A stretch of 64,000 bases of DNA from assembly GCA_030390025.1 (NCBI GenBank), contig CM059440.1, forward strand, positions 52,700,001-52,764,000. The letters run 5' to 3'. A model generated the notes under the pieces. That model did no database searches. It saw nothing but the letters and a program-made list of their open reading frames with translations, and was not told where the DNA came from. Positions within the stretch are counted from its first letter, which is position 1. Every line of letters starts with the position of its first letter. Positions 11,404 to 23,104 of this stretch are shown here, one piece after another. The stretch comes from Squalus acanthias. Lineage: Eukaryota. Made by a program: the position numbers and the translations under genes.

Positions 11404-13672
11404 TTGGACACTAACGCCCCTCCGGAACCTTCTTCCCCTTCACTTTCCTCTGACCCCCCTTCTCCCAATCTCACCCCCTGCCGTGTTTTCACTATCCCCT
11501 CTGACCTTCCCCTCTCTGACTCCGAACGATATGTCCTCAGCAAAGGCCTGAGCTTCATCCCCTTACGCCCCCATCTCAATGAATTTCGAGCTCGGCATGA
11601 TGCTGAGCTCTTTTTCCGCCGCCTCCGTCTCCGTGCCCACTTCTCTGGCCAGGAGTCTTCCCCCCCGCACGGCTGACCCTTTCTCCCGCTTTCAGAATTC
11701 TCGTTCCACCTGGACCCCTCCCTCTGGCCTCTTACCCTCTCTAGATCTTTTCATTGCTAACTGCCGCCGTGACATCGGCCAGCTCAATTTCTCTGCTCCC
11801 CTCACTCACTCCAACCTACCTCCCTCTGAACTTGCAGCACTCCATTCTCTCCGATCCAATCCTGACATTGTCATTAAACCTGCTGACAAGGGTGGCGCTG
11901 TTGTTGTTTGGCGAACCGACCTCTACCTAGCGGAAGTTGAACGCCAACTCTCCGACACCTCCTCCTACCTCCACCTGGACCATGACCCCACTACCGAACA
12001 TCAAGCCACCGTGTCCAAGACTGTCACTGACCTCATCTCCTCTGGAGATCTTCCCCCCACGGCCGCCAACCTCATAGTTCCCCAACCCCGCACAGCCCGC
12101 TTCTACCTCCTTCCCAAGATCCACAAACAGGACTGCCCCGGTAGACCCATCGTTTCAGCCTGTTCTTGCCCCACGGAACTTATCTCTTCCTATCTCGACT
12201 CTATTTTTTCTCCCCTTGTCCAGTCTCTTCCCACCTACATCCGCGACTCTTCCGACGCCCTCCGCCATTTTAACAGTTTCCAGTTTCCCGGCCCCAACCG
12301 TCTCCTCTTCACTATGGACGTACAATCCCTCTATACCTCCATTCCCCACCAGGATGGCCTGAGGGCGCTCCGCTTCTTCCTTGAACAGAGGCCCAACCAG
12401 TCCCCATCCACCGCCACCCTCCTCCGCCTGGCTGAACTTGTTCTCACATTGAACAACATCTCCTTTGACTCTACCTATTTCCTCCAAATTAAAGGTGTTG
12501 CTATGGGTACCCGCATGGGTCCTAGCTATGCCTGCCTTTTCGTGGGATATGTGGAACACTCTTTGTTCCAGTCCTACTCGGATCCCCTCCCTCACCTCTT
12601 TTTCATTGATGACTGTATCGGTGCCGTCTCCTGCTCTCGCCCTGAACTAGAACATTTCATTCACTATGCTTCCAATTTCCACCCTTCCCTCACCTTCACA
12701 TGGTCCATCTCCGACTCTTCCCTTCCCTTCCTCGACTTCTCCATCTCCATCTCTGGGGATAGGTTATTGACTAACATTCACTACAAGCCCACTGACTCCC
12801 ACAGCTACCTGGACTACACTTCCTCCCACCCCGCCTCCTGTAAGGACTCTATTCCATTCTCCCAGTTTCTCCGTCTCCGCCGCATCTGCTCTGATGATGC
12901 CACCTTCCATACCAGTGCTTCCGACATGTCTTCCTTTTTCCTCAACCGAGGATTCCCCTCTACCATGGTCGACATGGCCCTCGACCGTGTCCGTTCTATC
13001 TCCCGCACTTCTGCCCCCACCCCTGCCCCTCCCTCCCGGAACCACGATAGGGTTCCCCTTGTCCTCACCTTTCACCCCACCAGCCTCCGCATTCAACGGA
13101 TCATCCTCCGCCATTTCCGCCACCTCCAGCGTGATCCCACCACCAAACACATCTTCCCCTCACCTCCCCTTCCAGCATTCCGCAGGGACCGCTCCCTCCG
13201 CGACACCCTAGTCCACTCCTCTACCACCCCCAGCACCCCTTCCCCTTCGCCCGGCACCTTCCCGTGCACGCGCAGGAGATGCAACACATGCCCTTATACC
13301 TCCCCTCTTCCCACTGTCCAGGGCCCCAAACACCCCTTCCAGGTGAAACAGCGATTTACTTGTACTTCCTGCAATTTAGTATACTGTATTCGCTGCTCAC
13401 GATGTGGTCTCCTCTACATTGGGGAGACCAAACGCAGATTGGGTGACCGCTTTGCGGAACACCTCCGTTCAGTCCGTAAGGGGGACCCCGAGCTCCCGGT
13501 GGCCTGTCACTTTAATTCACCGCTTCACTCCCACTCTGACCTCACCGTCCTCGGCCTATTACACTGTTCCACGGAAGCGCAGCGTAAGCTCGAGGAACAG
13601 CACCTCATCTTTCGTTTAGGCACGCTACAGCCCTCTGGACTCAATATCGAGTTCAACAATTTTAGATCATAA
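11404..13672 (+). pseudogene. Penelope RT/GIY-YIG polyprotein (one frameshift at C-run ~11660; catalytic motif reads LFFIDD)
   Basis: ORFs 11404-11676 and 11579-13672 join at the C-run; ~670 aa are uninterrupted after it. Confidence 0.88.
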
Positions 13673-13947
13673 CCTCAGCTCCAATCACATTTATATTTTA
13701 TTTTTTCCACCCTTTTGTTTGCCCCCCCCACCTTTTTTTTCCTCCTAGAAGCTGGCAGCTGTCCTTCATTCTGCCAGTGGATTTCACACTTCTTTCAGCC
13801 TTAATCTGTCACATTAACACCACCTCTAGCCTTGCATATCTCTTAATGTCTCTTAATGTCTCTTCATCTCCCCCTTTGTTATTTATCCCCTCCCCCTTTT
13901 CCCAGCTTTACCCTGGCCTTAAATCTATTTGATTTCCAGCTCTTCCC

Positions 13948-13984
13948 AGTTCTGACGAAAGGTCATCGACCTGAAACGTTAACT
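13948..13984 (+). ncRNA. Minimal hammerhead ribozyme in Penelope 3' repeat
   Basis: AGTT-CTGACGA-A-AGGTC(ATC)GACCT-GAAA-CGTT-AACT: intact CUGANGA/GAAA core, stem II, palindromic AACGTT stem III. Confidence 0.8.
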
Positions 13985-14062
13985 CTTTCTCTCTCCACGG
14001 ATGTTGTCTGGCCCACTGAGTTTTTCCAGCGTTTTCTGTTGTTATTTCAGTATAAACTTGTA

Positions 14063-14906
14063 GGGCTGGATTTTCATTGACCCGTGGAGGCGGGTTTGGA
14101 GGTGTGTGGGGGGTTAAAGTTGCAGATTCGGGGGTCCCGACCCCATCCCGCCCCCAACCTGCCTCCATGCCAGTTTCGCTGGAGGCAGGTACCCGACCTG
14201 TGCTGGGACCCGCCTCCCCGAGGCGGGAAGGGGATTAGTGACAATTAACTGCCTGTTAACAGGTAGTTAACAGGCAGTTTTTTGCCTAATCCCTATTTTG
14301 AAAGCTGAAATGTGGGCTTCCCGACAGGTCCCAACCACGCCAAGTTAGCGAGGTGGACCGTGGGTCTGCAGGGGTTAGAGGGGTCGATATGTCCGGTGGG
14401 CAGGTGAGTGATGGGTGCATGTGTGCAGAGGTAAGTGTGTAAGGTAAGTGCAAAGTGTGGGAAAAAGTTTTACTTACCTTAACTTCCTCCTGCAGGTGTC
14501 AGCCCTTCAGTTCTCGGGAGTCAGAAATCTCACCGGCACAGAAAGCAGAAAGGCTGTGGTGCTGTCAAAAGTTTCAGCCTCTGTTTTCTGTGCTGGAATG
14601 ATTTCTAACTCAGCCTGAGAGGAAGGACTCAAGTTAGAAGACAAATTGTCAGTGTTTGACAGCTTCACAGAGCTGTCAAACGCTGATATTTCATCTGTCA
14701 AAAGCTCTTGACAGATGAAATGTCAATCTGTGACATCACCTGTTGCCGGGTGGCCCTTAATTGGCCTGCTGAGCTCGCTGGGCGGGCTCAACAAGGTCAA
14801 TCAAGGGAAAATACAGTGGGTTGGCCACAAGTCGATGGAGGCGGGTCTACAACCCAAAAAGTGGGAGTCCCGCCTCCATCATGTTCCCAGTATCAAAATC
14901 CAGCCC
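14063..14906. mobile_element. PIF/Harbinger-type MITE
   Basis: TIRs GGGCTGGATTTT / AAAATCCAGCCC, 3-bp TSD GTA (14060-14062, 14907-14909), subterminal GGAGGCGGG/CCCGCCTCC repeats. Confidence 0.8.
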
Positions 14907-15261
14907 GTAATGTTTATGTGCTGAATGTGGTGGCAATTTTGTTTTATGTTCTCTGCTACCGCCTCTCTTAAGCAGATGTTCCTCTCCATCTGGGAGAGTG
15001 GGACAATCTTGACCATGAACTTCTCCACAGTCATGGCCAGTGACTCTCAGTATTAATCAACGGGAGATGCATTTCCATACAGCAGGACTAATCCTGTTAG
15101 TTATTTTTGTCTTGAAACCCTTGCCCATTCAGACAAGGTGGTGGCAAAATCCTTGCAAGACACTCCAGCTAAAGAAAAGTGGTAACATTTTAGCTGAGTG
15201 CAAATGAATTTGAGCTATGTTAATTTGACGCTCCCAGAGGTGGGGCGTCAAACCATAAGAA

Positions 15262-15478
15262 AAAAGAAACTCTTGCATTTATATAGCGCCTTTCATGACC
15301 ACCGGACATCTCAAAGCGCTTTACAGCCAATGAAGTACTTTTTGAAGTGTAGTCACTGTTGTAATGTGGGAAACGCGGCAGCCAATTTGCGCACAGCAAG
15401 CTCCCACAAACAGCAATGTGATAATGACTAGATAATCTGTTTTTTTTTTAGTGATGTTGATTGAGGGACAAATATCGT
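15262..15478 (-). mobile_element. Deu-domain SINE 3' half
   Basis: Reverse complement of the tail half of the 1488-1940 SINE. Confidence 0.75.
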
Positions 15479-16703
15479 ACCAACAAAAATCATACAGAGC
15501 AACTATACCATCAAGAGTTCAGGCTCCAAATAACTAAATACTTCCTCATTTTAGTTATTTCAAATATTCCTCCATTCCTACTAGAACCTTCCAAAATATT
15601 CTTTCATTTAAGTAAATAATCTGTGTTTCCAAAGCCTGTTGCTATTTTTCATACTTGCAGCTGTAGGGCATAAAATGCAAATCAACCACAAACAAAACAT
15701 CATGTTTCTTCTGCACTGATCACGCAAATAACACGTGTTTCTATTTTGGGTGAAAGTTGATCCTCCATTCTGTTCTTACATCACTTTGCCACTTGTATAT
15801 CACTGCCCTGGAGGAGTGAAGTAGACAACAGTTGACAGACAGTAATGTGCTCTGCTCCACTATTGCTGTGATCGTTAAATGGCAGCTCTCCTGATTTAGG
15901 TTCCATCTCCTGCTGCTAATTTCAAATTGCAGCCTGCCCACGCAGGATAAACAGACAAAAAATCAATTTAAAAATCAGCAGTGGGAGCCTGGATGGAAAT
16001 TGGGAGGAACAGTTGCTATTTAAATATCACAGTGTTGAAGGAGTGGAACGGAGCAATATTTACTATTAACAGCCGATAAGAATGAGCTCGGGGCTGCAAC
16101 AAGGGGGCAGGTAATGTGGCTTCGAAACTGAATCACCCGCACTGTCCGAGATCAAGAGTCCAAACAGCCTTTATTCGCACCGGTGGGGAGACAGCCTGCT
16201 TGTGCCTTCGTCAAGCTTCTCCGAATTGTTACAGCAGTTAGTAGATATTTGTACATACAGTTTGATGTGCTATACATTGTTCCCGCCTACCTTCTAGAAT
16301 GTTCTGCGTTATAACATCAGTTTTTATCTCGTCAGCATTTGTTTACTGGCCCTTTGTCCCAGTCCCAAGAATCGTTGACTTCGTGTCTGCTTCCTGATCT
16401 ACTTAATGTCCTTGGGATATTGTTAGGCCATCTGGTTTCTAGGATGGTTACACATCTTGAGCATCCCCTTTGTCTTGCAACATTTGCATTTCTATGTTTT
16501 TGATTATATCTTGTAGCCAGCCCAGTTACGCGATTATGTGAGGTAATGCTATACACCGCCTCTCCCGACCACCCCCGGCACAGAGCTAAATCCCCACCAT
16601 GCACCACCACTACACACCAACCCCCAGACATCTTCTTTCGCCCTTTCACAGTCCATGCCGGGGTTCATGTTCCACTCGAGTCTTCTCCCATCCTTCCTCA
16701 TAC

Positions 16704-17140
16704 GAACATACGACATACGTACAATGACAGACAGGTAAAGACCCTCTGGTCCATCCTGCCTGTCCCACACAATTGAGATACCTTGTGTATCACAATATAT
16801 ACACTCTCCACCCCACCCGAAACCATGTGATCTCCTGGGAGAGGCAAAAAAACATAAAAACCCAGGCCAATTTGGGGGAAAAAATCTGGGAAATTCCTCT
16901 CCAACCCATCTAGGCGATCGAAACTAGTCCAGGAGATCACTCTGGCCCTGAATACCCTGCAGTGCCTACCTTCTGTAAGAGGTGATCTCCGCCCCAGCCA
17001 GAAACAGGTCCAGCTCTCGCTGAAAGGAATTCAGCGAATCAGAGTCCACCGCGCGTGACGGCAGCCTGTTCCAGAGGTCCACTACTCTCTGGGAAAAGAA
17101 CCATCTCCTGGTATCTAACCTAGATCTGGCCTTATATATT
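16704..17140 (-). mobile_element. CR1 LINE 3' fragment with long 3'UTR
   Basis: Minus strand reads RRWFFSQRVVDLWNRLP...FQRELDLFL (CR1 ORF2 end). Confidence 0.75.
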
Positions 17141-17195
17141 TTGGTAGAATGAGGAGAGGCAATATAAACTAAAGGGTACAATCCTAAAGGGGGTG

Positions 17196-17345
17196 TTTGT
17201 AGGAGCTTGCTGTGCGCAAATTGGCTGCCGCGTTTCCCCACATTACAACAGTGACTATACTCCAAAAAAAAAGTGGCTGTAAAGTGCTTCGAGACGTCCG
17301 GTGGTCGTGAAAGGCGCTATATAAATGCAGGTCTGTCTTTTTTTC
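17196..17345 (+). mobile_element. Deu-domain SINE tail
   Basis: GGAGCTTGCTGTGCGCAAATTGGCTGCCG...GAAAGGCGCTATATAAATGCAGG. Confidence 0.7.
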
Positions 17346-17419
17346 TAAAGAGCCTGTGGTAATGTATGACTTTCGATTAGGGCAGATCTGTCTTAGCTTT
17401 AACCATTCCCTGATACTCC

Positions 17420-17560
17420 GGCTCGCGGGCGCAGTATCTGGTGTCCAGCTGGGCAATGACGTCAGTATCTGGCGCGTGCCTTTGCGTCAGTCATCACGGG
17501 ATGCGTGATGCGTGATGACGCAGCAGGCGGTCTGTTTAAGAGAGCGGGCTGTTGCTACAG
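17420..17560 (+). promoter_or_regulatory. CpG-rich promoter with CRE/ATF sites, probably driving the B7-family gene
   Basis: Full CRE TGACGTCA at 17457-17464, CRE-like TGCGTCA 17483-17489 and TGACGCA 17516-17522, local CpG enrichment, immediately upstream of a strong splice donor. Confidence 0.6.
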
Positions 17561-17620
17561 TGCGGGAGAGAGCGCGGAGAGGAGAGCGAGAGCGAGAGCG
17601 AGAGCGTTCGCGTGTGTGAG
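17560..17620 (+). other. Putative non-coding exon 1 of the B7-family gene (start approximate)
   Basis: (GAGAGC)n tract ending GAG|GTAAGT consensus donor at 17621. Confidence 0.55.
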
Positions 17621-17825
17621 GTAAGTGGGGTTCCGGCGTCGGATGCTTCCATCCATTACTTACCGTTAAATTTTTCTTTCTATTCGTTTGTGTTTTATTT
17701 ATAGTGCGATGAGTATATGTATAAAAAAAGTCTCGTGTTTTATGGATGATGGGGAGTTGGTGATTGAGGTAAATTCAATAACATTTGTAAATAGTGGGCA
17801 AATGTCATGTGGTTAAGCATCACGA

Positions 17826-18095
17826 GAAAAGAAAGACTTTCATTTATATAGCGCCTTTTGGGATGTCCTAGAGTGCTTTACAGCCAATGAAGCACTTTTT
17901 GAAGTGTAGTCACTGTTGAAATGTGGCAGCCAAATATGCGCACAGCAAGCTCCCACAAGCAGCAATGTGATAATGACCAGATAATCTGTTTTAGTGATGT
18001 TGATTGAGGGGTCAATATTGGCTGGGACACTAGGGAGAACTCCCCTGCTCTTCCTTGAAATAGTGCTGTGGGATTTTTATGTCCACCTGGGAGCA
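17826..18095 (-). mobile_element. Deu-domain SINE fragment
   Basis: Reverse-complement match to the SINE body and tail. Confidence 0.75.
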
Positions 18096-19134
18096 GATGG
18101 TTTGTAAAGGGTAGAAATTCCAAAGTGGTAAGCAGAATTACATGTTGTGGGGTGGAGGGGGCAGAGAGAGAGAGAGAGAGAGAGAAAATTTGGCATGGAA
18201 CTCTGATATGCTCTGCACCTTCTCTGGCAAATTGAGTTCCAGAGGTCGTAGTTGTTCCTTCGGCCCACAGTCCCATTACGTCCAAATCAATTTGCGCGCT
18301 ACTCAAGAATCCTTTGGGATTGATTTAATGTCAAGCTGCCTCAATTCCCTTATCTTTGGCCAATTTTAAGCCTTTGGTTCTGCTCCAGGTTGTGCATCAG
18401 TGGGGTGTGGCAGCCACTGTGAATATGTAAAAGACCCTGTCTCTTGGATTGGGGACAGGGTGTCAATGGCAGGCCTGAGTGGTAGGTGGAAGTGCTGCCC
18501 ACATAACTTCCAGGCTTGTGTCTTTGTTGCCCCCTCCTTCCCCCCCCTCCCCCTCCATCATTCAGTAGTCTCACTCTTGCCTACAAAAAGATATGGTTTC
18601 AAGTGCCACATCACAACTCTAGTACACTCCTCTGACATTTTAGTCGTCTTCTTAGGCAGTTCCTCGGAACTGAGGATGACTTGCTTCCACATTAAAAGAG
18701 TTCTCCGGTGCAGTGCTGATAAGGTGCCACTTAATCACCAGTGGGTTCATTTGCATGAGATATTAAACTGTGTGGTCTGTCTGTTCAAGGGGATTTAAAG
18801 ATCACATATTTTACTATTCAAAGAGCAGGGAAGTTTTCTACTTTCCTGGCAAAAGTTATTCATCAACTAAAACTGGTCATTTATCTGATTGCTCCTGTGT
18901 TGCCTATAACAGCAGTGACTACACTTCAGAAGTAATTCATTGTTTTGTGAAGTGCTTTGGTATTTTTCTAAGGACATGAAAAGTGCTATGTAAATGTTGG
19001 TATTTATTTCCTTTCCACATGTCAGACAGTCTGATTTGGTCCTGGTTGTGTGTGTTTTTTTTTAAAAAACAAATAACTTTAGGTTTAGAGTTGAGATTTG
19101 GCTGGAGATTCTGTTGTGCAAAGAAAGAACTGTT

Positions 19135-21612
19135 GTTTATATAGCATGTCATGTCTTTAGGCCCCCAAACAGTCAGGGGGAGATAGAGGAACAGATATGT
19201 AAGCAAATCTCAGGTGTAGAAATAATAGTAGGGGATTTCAACTTCCCCAATATTAACTGGGATAGTCAGAGTGGAAAAGGCTTAGATGGTGTGGAATTCT
19301 TAAAGTGCATCCAGGAGAGCTTTTTGAGCCAGCATGTAGAAAGTCCTACAAGAGAGGGGGTGGTACTAGACCTAATTCTAGGGAATGTAGCCAGGCAAGT
19401 GGTAGAAGTGTCAGCAGGAGAGCATTTTGGTGACTGACCATAATTCGGTGAGATTTAAGGTAGTCATGGAAAAGAACAAAGATGGACTGGAAATAAAGGT
19501 TCTAAATTGATGGAAGGCCAGTTTTAATATAAGGCAGGATCTGGCCAAAGTGGACTGGGATCAGCTACTTGTAGGAAATCCACATCAGAGCAGTGGGTGT
19601 CTTTCAGAAAGGAAATAGCGAGTACAGTGCCAACATGTTCCTGTAAAGGTCAAGGGTGGGACCAACAAGTCCAGGGAACCCTGGATGTCAAGGGATATAC
19701 AAGAATGGATTGGGGGGGGGGGGGGGAAAGGGAGGCTTTTGGCAGATGCAAAGGACTAAACAGTGGAAGCCCCAGAGGAGTATAGAAAGTGCAGGGGGGT
19801 ACTTAAAAAAAGAAATTAGGAGAGTGAAGAGGGGGCATGAAATAACACTGGTGGGCAAAATAAAGGAAAATCCCAAGGTGTTTTATAAGTATATTAAGGG
19901 CAAGAGGATAAGTAGGGACCAAAGTGGCAATCTATGTAGAGCTGGAAGATGTAGGTGAAGTTTTAAATGAATATTTTGCATCTGTGTTCACTATGGAGAA
20001 GGCTGATGTAGGCATAAAATCAGGCAGGGGGATTGTGATATACTTGAACAAATTAGTATTGAGAGGGAGGAGGTTTTAGCGGGCTTAAAGGTGGATAAAT
20101 CCCCAGGCCCAGACGAGATGTATCCGAGGCAAGGGAGGAGATTGCAGGGGCTCAGACAAATTTTCAGAACTTCTCTGGCCACAGGGGAGGTGCCAGAGGA
20201 TTGGAGGACCGCTAACTTAGTACCATTATTCAAGAAGGGTACTAGGGATAAACCAGGGAATTGCAGGCCAGTGAGCCTAACATCAGTGGTAGGGAAATTA
20301 TTGGAAAAAATTCTGAGGGACAGAATTAGTCTCCACTTGGAGATGCAAGGATTAATCAAGGATAGTCAGCATAGCTTTGTCAGGGGGGAGATCATGTCTA
20401 ACCAATTTGATTGAATTTTTCGAGGGGGTGACTCGGTGTGTGGATGAGGGTAGTGCAGTTGATGTAGTCTACATGGACTTCAGTAAGGCTTTTGACAAAG
20501 TCCCACATGGGAGACTGGTCAAGAAGGTAAGAGCCCATGGGATCCAGGGCAATTTGGCACATTGGATCCAACATTGGCTTAGTGGCAGGAGGCTGAGGGT
20601 GATGGTCGAAGGTTTTTTTTGTGATTGGAAGCCTGTGTCCAGTGGTGTACCGCAGGGATTGGTGCTGGGTCCCTTGCTGTTTGTAGTGTACATTAATGAT
20701 TTAGATATGAATGTAGGAGGTATGATCAGTAAGCTTGCAGACGACACGAAAATTGGTGGAGTGGTAAATAGCGAGGAGGGAAGCCTCCGGCTACAGGACG
20801 ATATAGACTGGTTGGTCAGATGGGCAGAACAGTGGCAAATGGAATTTAACCCTGAAAAGTGTGAGGTGATGCATTTTGGGAGGACTAACAAGGCAAGGGA
20901 ATACACAGTGAATGGTAGGATCCTAGGAAGGACAGAGGATCAGAGGGACCTTGCTGTGCATGTACATAGATCCCTGAAGGCAGCAGGACAAGTAGATAAG
21001 GTGGTTAAAAAGGCATATGGGATACTTGCCTTCATTAGCTGAGGCATAGAATATAAGAGCAGGGAGGTTATGATGAAACTGTACAAAACGCTAAGTTAGG
21101 CCACAGCTGGAAAACTGTGCAGTTCTGGTTGCCACACTATAGGAAGGATGTAATTGCATTGGAGAGGGTGCAGAGGCGATTCACCAGGATGTCACCTGGG
21201 CTGGAGCGCTTCAGCTATGAAGAGAGACTGGACAGGCTGGGGTTGTTTTCCTTAGAGCAGAGAAGGCTGAGGGGGGACCTGATTTGAGGTGTACAAAATT
21301 GAGGGGCATAGAAAGGAACTTTTTCCCCTTAGCGGGGTCAATAACCAGGGGCATAGTTTCAAGGTGAGGTGATTTGAGGAAAACCTTTTTCACCCAGAGG
21401 GTGGTTGGAATCTGGAACTCACTGCCTGAAAGGGTGGTAGAGGCAGGAACCCTCAACATTCAAGAAGCATTTAGATGAGCACTTGAAACGCCATAGCATA
21501 CAAGGCTATGAACCAAGTGCTGGAAAATGGGATTAGAATAGATAGGGCTTGATGGCCGGTGCAGACACAATGGGCCGAAGGGCCTCTTTCTGTGCTATAT
21601 ATCTCTGACTCT
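19135..21612 (+). mobile_element. CR1 LINE (other subfamily), degenerate, in B7 intron 1
   Basis: GDFNFPNINW, DKSPGPD, YMDFSKAFDKVPH, ADDTK motifs across frameshifted ORFs. Confidence 0.9.
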
Positions 21613-21741
21613 AAAGTGCCTTATAGCCAGTAGATGACTTTGGAGGTGGAGTCACTGTTGTGTATGCAGCTGTGGAAACTGATACGATTTTCACTCGTCG
21701 TCTTGTCTTGTTTTGACAGCTGTCGAGGAGAGCAAAGTATT

Positions 21742-21793
21742 ATGAGAAGTCTGCTCGCTGTTTTGGTGGCTGTTGAATTCAGTTTGGCTGTTG
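21742..21793 (+). CDS. B7-family gene: signal-peptide exon (MRSLLAVLVAVEFSLAV; exon starts 21720)
   Basis: Acceptor TTTTGACAG|C at 21719/20, ATG at 21742, hydrophobic leader, phase-1 donor G|GTAAGT at 21794. Confidence 0.8.
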
Positions 21794-22319
21794 GTAAGTC
21801 TTTAAATGTAACTGTTTTCTTGCACATGTTTGAATAATTTATACAGTTTCAGGTGGTCTTTTCACCTTTAGCAATGGCCCAAAGCAATAACAGTAGTTTC
21901 ACTTGTAGTGTTGGGTAATTTTAATGGGCAAGCTCGGTACTTCCCAAGTAAACATTGTTCACGGAGCTGAAAAGTACCAGAATGTTTCAAAGAAACAGCC
22001 CCTGCCTATTTTGTGGTGTTTACTGATCCTGTTACTGCAGTTATTTTTTTATGTCCATTTTGTGAGGTGAGGAAACAAAACATTTTCTATTTCAATAGAT
22101 CACAGAAAATATCAATGCAGGACATATCAACCCTTCAGGGGAAGGGGGAGAGAATGCAGAGGCAGGGATAATGACTCTTTAGTGCTTTCCATTCAACTTT
22201 GCTCTGTGTTCAAGATTAAATCTCGTATTAATCATCCTTTAACATAAAATATTCTGGAGAGTTTTATGATAAATCTCTTCCTGGAACAATGCTGTTAATC
22301 TATTTGTTTTAATTCACAG

Positions 22320-22674
22320 CTCAGTTTCAAGTCCACACCCCAGAAGCACCAGTGACTGCTGTCTATGGCCAGTACACGGTGCTGAGTTGCAGCTTTACAG
22401 CTCAGGGGTGAATCGTCACTGGATCGGCTGGTCATCAGTTGGCAACGTGTCGAGACGGATGAAGTTGTTTATAGTTATTATTATGGAAAAGAGCAACTGA
22501 GTCGCCAAAGCCCTCGGTATTCGGGGAGGGCAAGCTTATTCCCAGAGGAGTTAAAACAAGGGAACGTTTCGGTGAAGCTGGACAGAGTGAGACCAGAGGA
22601 TGCTGGACAGTACCTGTGTTTTGTCAGTAATGCAAAAGGAAGTGGCCAGGGCTTTGTGTCTCTAATATTTGCAG
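22320..22674 (+). CDS. B7-family gene: IgV exon (CD276/VTCN1/HHLA2-like), +1 frameshift in GGGG 22405-22408
   Basis: AQFQVHTPEAPVTAVYGQYTVLSCSFTAQ(fs)GESSLDRLVISWQRVETDEVVYSYYYGKEQLSRQSPRYSGRASLFPEELKQGNVSVKLDRVRPEDAGQYLCFVSNAKGSGQGFVSLIFA; canonical C, W and DxGxYxC; AG/GT boundaries; length 355 = 3n+1. Confidence 0.88.
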
Positions 22675-23104
22675 GTACATGCTTCTTTCAGTTTTCATTT
22701 TTGTTCTCCGTGCTGCAAAATTAAAGTCATGCTTCTTGGCCTCCCCTGATGGTTCAGTGAGTCTCCCCATTGAGTGCCTGAGCTGTACAGACCATGTTTG
22801 ATGTCCAGACTGTGCTGGTTTAGCTCCTCCTCTGCTGGAGCAGTGCTATTGGTGCAATCAGCACACCTTGGTTAGGGTTGGCACTCCCATTTGCTATTCA
22901 GCAAGCCCTGTCTGGATGGCTCCAGGATCGGGCTGAACTGTGATGGCCTCGCAGGTGAAAAGCCCACTGATATTTACCATCAAGGGTTACGTATGATTTT
23001 GGCTGAACAGCTGCCAGCAGGATATTGTGGGATTTCACCTTCAACTTGATCACTTGGTACAATGATTTGAATATCTCCAAATTGATCACAAACCGCAATA
23101 TCTA

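Larger units (their letters stand above)
11381..14050 (+). mobile_element. Penelope-like retroelement (RT + GIY-YIG), 5'-truncated
   Basis: IKPADKG, FYLLPKIHK, GVAMG and IDD RT motifs; C-terminal YCIRC..C..LYIGETKRRLGDRFAEH GIY-YIG endonuclease; 3' hammerhead. Confidence 0.93.

Noticed and set aside
11927-13287. Multiple antisense ORFs over the Penelope element (and similarly over CR1 and ERV)
   Set aside because: Shadow ORFs arising from the compositional bias of the coding strand.
16033-16590. Possible minus-strand solo LTR (TTTATT at ~16170, ends ...GGCACA)
   Set aside because: No matching TG start with a TSD could be identified.
21634-21837. 67-aa ORF as a standalone gene
   Set aside because: Only 21742-21793 is coding (signal exon); the rest is intron read-through.
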